From positions 1 to 25,797 of the IMG/VR virus record IMGVR_UViG_3300028145_000062: a DNA stretch of 25,797 nt; one strand, written 5' to 3'. Each line of letters starts with the position of its first letter. The stretch's first letter is position 1. Below the pieces are notes generated by a model that made no database searches, was not told the DNA's origin, and saw only the letters and a program-made list of their open reading frames with translations. The stretch is from a virus (Duplodnaviria > Caudoviricetes). Shown one piece after another: positions 24,173 through 25,797 of this stretch. A program made the translations under genes and the position numbers.

Positions 24173-25123
24173 CTACGCCCGCGCCAGCCGGCGAGTCGCG
24201 CGCTCCCGGACCTTGACCATCTCGTCCTCGTTGGTCTTCATGCCGGGCCGGAGCCGGACGATCGGGTAGGCGTCAACGCCGCTGGCGAACTTGAGCAGGT
24301 TGATTTTCTGGTCGGCCGTCCAGTAGTTCCACGTCTTCGTCAGATACGCGAACTGGATGCGTGTCCGTTTGAAGTCGGGGTGTGACGGCTGGAGCGCGAC
24401 ATTGCGCAGCTTGAGGATCGGGCTGGTAAGCGGCAAATCCCCGCCGGTCAGGAGCGGCTCAAAGAACGTGTCGATCGCCTCTGGGAAGCCGGAGCGGGTC
24501 ACGTACCGGAGTGTGATAAGCGCCGACATGGGCAAGGGACACCGCTGGTTGTTCTTGATCCGGTCCTGGAACTCCATCGCCACCGCCATCAGGTCCGGGT
24601 GGTTCTCGATCCACTCACACGCCTGGGCCGACGTGGGCCGCGCCTCTCTTTTCGGGTGGGTCACCATGCCGGTCTTTGCGTCAATGCACATGATCTGCTT
24701 CACCGCGCTGGACACAGCCGACTCCACATCGGCGCGAAGGTCGGGTAGTTGCTTGCCGCGCCGTAGCGTCACCACGAGCAAGTCGCGGGCCGACCGCATC
24801 CGGCCGGAGTCAATGCTTGAGAACGTGTCGCGGTCCACGCCACGGACCACCATGAACTGGACCGGCTGGCCGTACTCGGTGACGGCCCAGAGCCGGTGTT
24901 GTCCGTCAAGGCAAACGCCTTCCTTGTCGAAGATGATCGCCTCCCCGTTCATCTTGAACTCGCCCGCCTTCATCGAGGCCGTCAACGCTTCCACGTACGA
25001 CTGTGCCACCCGTCGCTGCATCCCGGCCTTCTCCATTCGCTCCAACTCTTCAAGGGCCTGGGATGGCGTGATCGTCTCCACCTGTCCACTCGCGTTCTTT
25101 GCGTTTCTCGTTCCATTCAGCAT
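24173..25123 (-). CDS. ParB/Sulfiredoxin-fold (DGQHR) protein
   Basis: 'QRRV....V......M..GEF..NGEAIIFD..G..LDGQHRL.AV ... ID.G..RS..D'. GGAG-N6-ATG at 25123, with alternative starts up to 25180. Confidence 0.85.
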   Translation of the reverse strand: MLNGTRNAKNASGQVETITPSQALEELERMEKAGMQRRVAQSYVEALTASMKAGEFKMNGEAIIFDKEGVCLDGQHRLWAVTEYGQPVQFMVVRGVDRDTFSSIDSGRMRSARDLLVVTLRRGKQLPDLRADVESAVSSAVKQIMCIDAKTGMVTHPKREARPTSAQACEWIENHPDLMAVAMEFQDRIKNNQRCPLPMSALITLRYVTRSGFPEAIDTFFEPLLTGGDLPLTSPILKLRNVALQPSHPDFKRTRIQFAYLTKTWNYWTADQKINLLKFASGVDAYPIVRLRPGMKTNEDEMVKVRERATRRLARA

Positions 25124-25220
25124 CGTCATCTCCATTCCCGAGCCGCCCCCGATCGAATCCGCCCCGGCACCTTCCGGCACCGGCGCGGGTGGTGGGTGCC
25201 CGCGACGAGCGGGCGGGGGG

Positions 25221-25796
25221 TCAGGCCGAAAAGCCGTCCCATGAGTATCCGTGACTGAATGGGATGGACGCCTCGTCGATCATCCCCACGCCCGGATTGT
25301 CAATCCACGCCTTGACCGGCCCGACCCACTCCGCCGGCCACAGCGCCGGGTCGGCCTCGATCAAGTCCTTGAACGGGATGGACTGCAACGCCAAGTGGTT
25401 CCGCAGCGCCGTGACCTCCAGCGGCATCGGCAGCTTGGCCGCCATCGCCGCGCCGAGCCGGGCCGCCCCGGCCGCGCCAAGGCGCGTAGCGGGCACGGGC
25501 TTGGGCAGGGCGGCCTGGGCCTGGGCGGCGGCTTGACCGGCGGGGGATTGGCCGCCAACCCGCCCAGCCTCGGGCTTGCGGATGCGGATGGCGGGGATGC
25601 GCTTGCCCCCGTACGTGACGTTCTTGTCCACGTACAGCTCGATGGTGTGACCGACCCAGTTCTGGTCGTCGTCCTGCCCGGTGATCTCCTCAATCGAATC
25701 CCAGTTCACCTTGGCCGTGACGCCGAACGTGCGGGGCTCGCCCTTGAAGTGCAGGACCGAGTGGGGCCGATCCTGATCGTCGAAGGTGTGCTCGCT
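25221..25796 (-). CDS. Phage OB-fold/SSB-like protein, 5'-truncated
   Basis: Frame is open to the window end (SEHTFDDQDRPHSVLHFKGEPR...). 'N...I....G.D...W.G..IELY....V.YGG....AIRIR' motif and an 'IPF' near the C-terminus. Confidence 0.65.
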   Translation of the reverse strand, partial: SEHTFDDQDRPHSVLHFKGEPRTFGVTAKVNWDSIEEITGQDDDQNWVGHTIELYVDKNVTYGGKRIPAIRIRKPEAGRVGGQSPAGQAAAQAQAALPKPVPATRLGAAGAARLGAAMAAKLPMPLEVTALRNHLALQSIPFKDLIEADPALWPAEWVGPVKAWIDNPGVGMIDEASIPFSHGYSWDGFSA

Positions 25797-25797
25797 C

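Noticed and set aside
25198-25214. GCCCGC-gacga-GCGGGC hairpin sharing 11 nt with the 13585 terminator
   Set aside because: Short GC stem with no U-tract; too weak to call in GC-rich DNA.
25221-25290. SSB-like 'IPF' followed by 11 extra residues, possibly hinting at an unusual stop
   Set aside because: The codon after IPF (AGT) is not shared with the other run-on case (ATA), so there is no consistent pattern.
1-25797. Stop-codon reassignment suggested by the phage release factor
   Set aside because: Genes tile densely under code 11, and TGA, TAA and TAG all end well-supported genes (e.g. 1202, 4732, 3854).

Overview
A GC-rich tailed-phage (or prophage) segment with two convergent arms. The + arm (1-10364) is a morphogenesis module: HK97-fold major capsid, adaptor, neck and terminator genes, a tail tube, a short tape measure, small tail-tip genes and a pair of very Cys-rich proteins. 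The - arm (25797 to 10033) holds early and replication-type genes (SSB-like, ParB/Srx DGQHR, DUF1064-like nuclease, DnaA-C-like HTH, MazG-like), a cluster of small membrane and coiled-coil genes, and carbohydrate-active cargo (beta-helix, SGNH-like). The main observation is a domain-1-less, RF1-like class I release factor. It keeps GGQ but has PPN in place of PxT. Its full reading frame is reachable from its SD-backed ATG only through a textbook prfB-type +1 frameshift cassette (GCGGGG-TGT-CTT-TGA-C), which the ORF track misses. It lies in an operon behind a sigma70-like promoter and a 5' leader that could switch between two pseudoknot pairings. Other translation oddities are an apparent ATA start for the tape measure and two probable leaderless genes. 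All family calls come from motif recognition by eye, not database searches. A Planctomycetota-like host is a weak inference.
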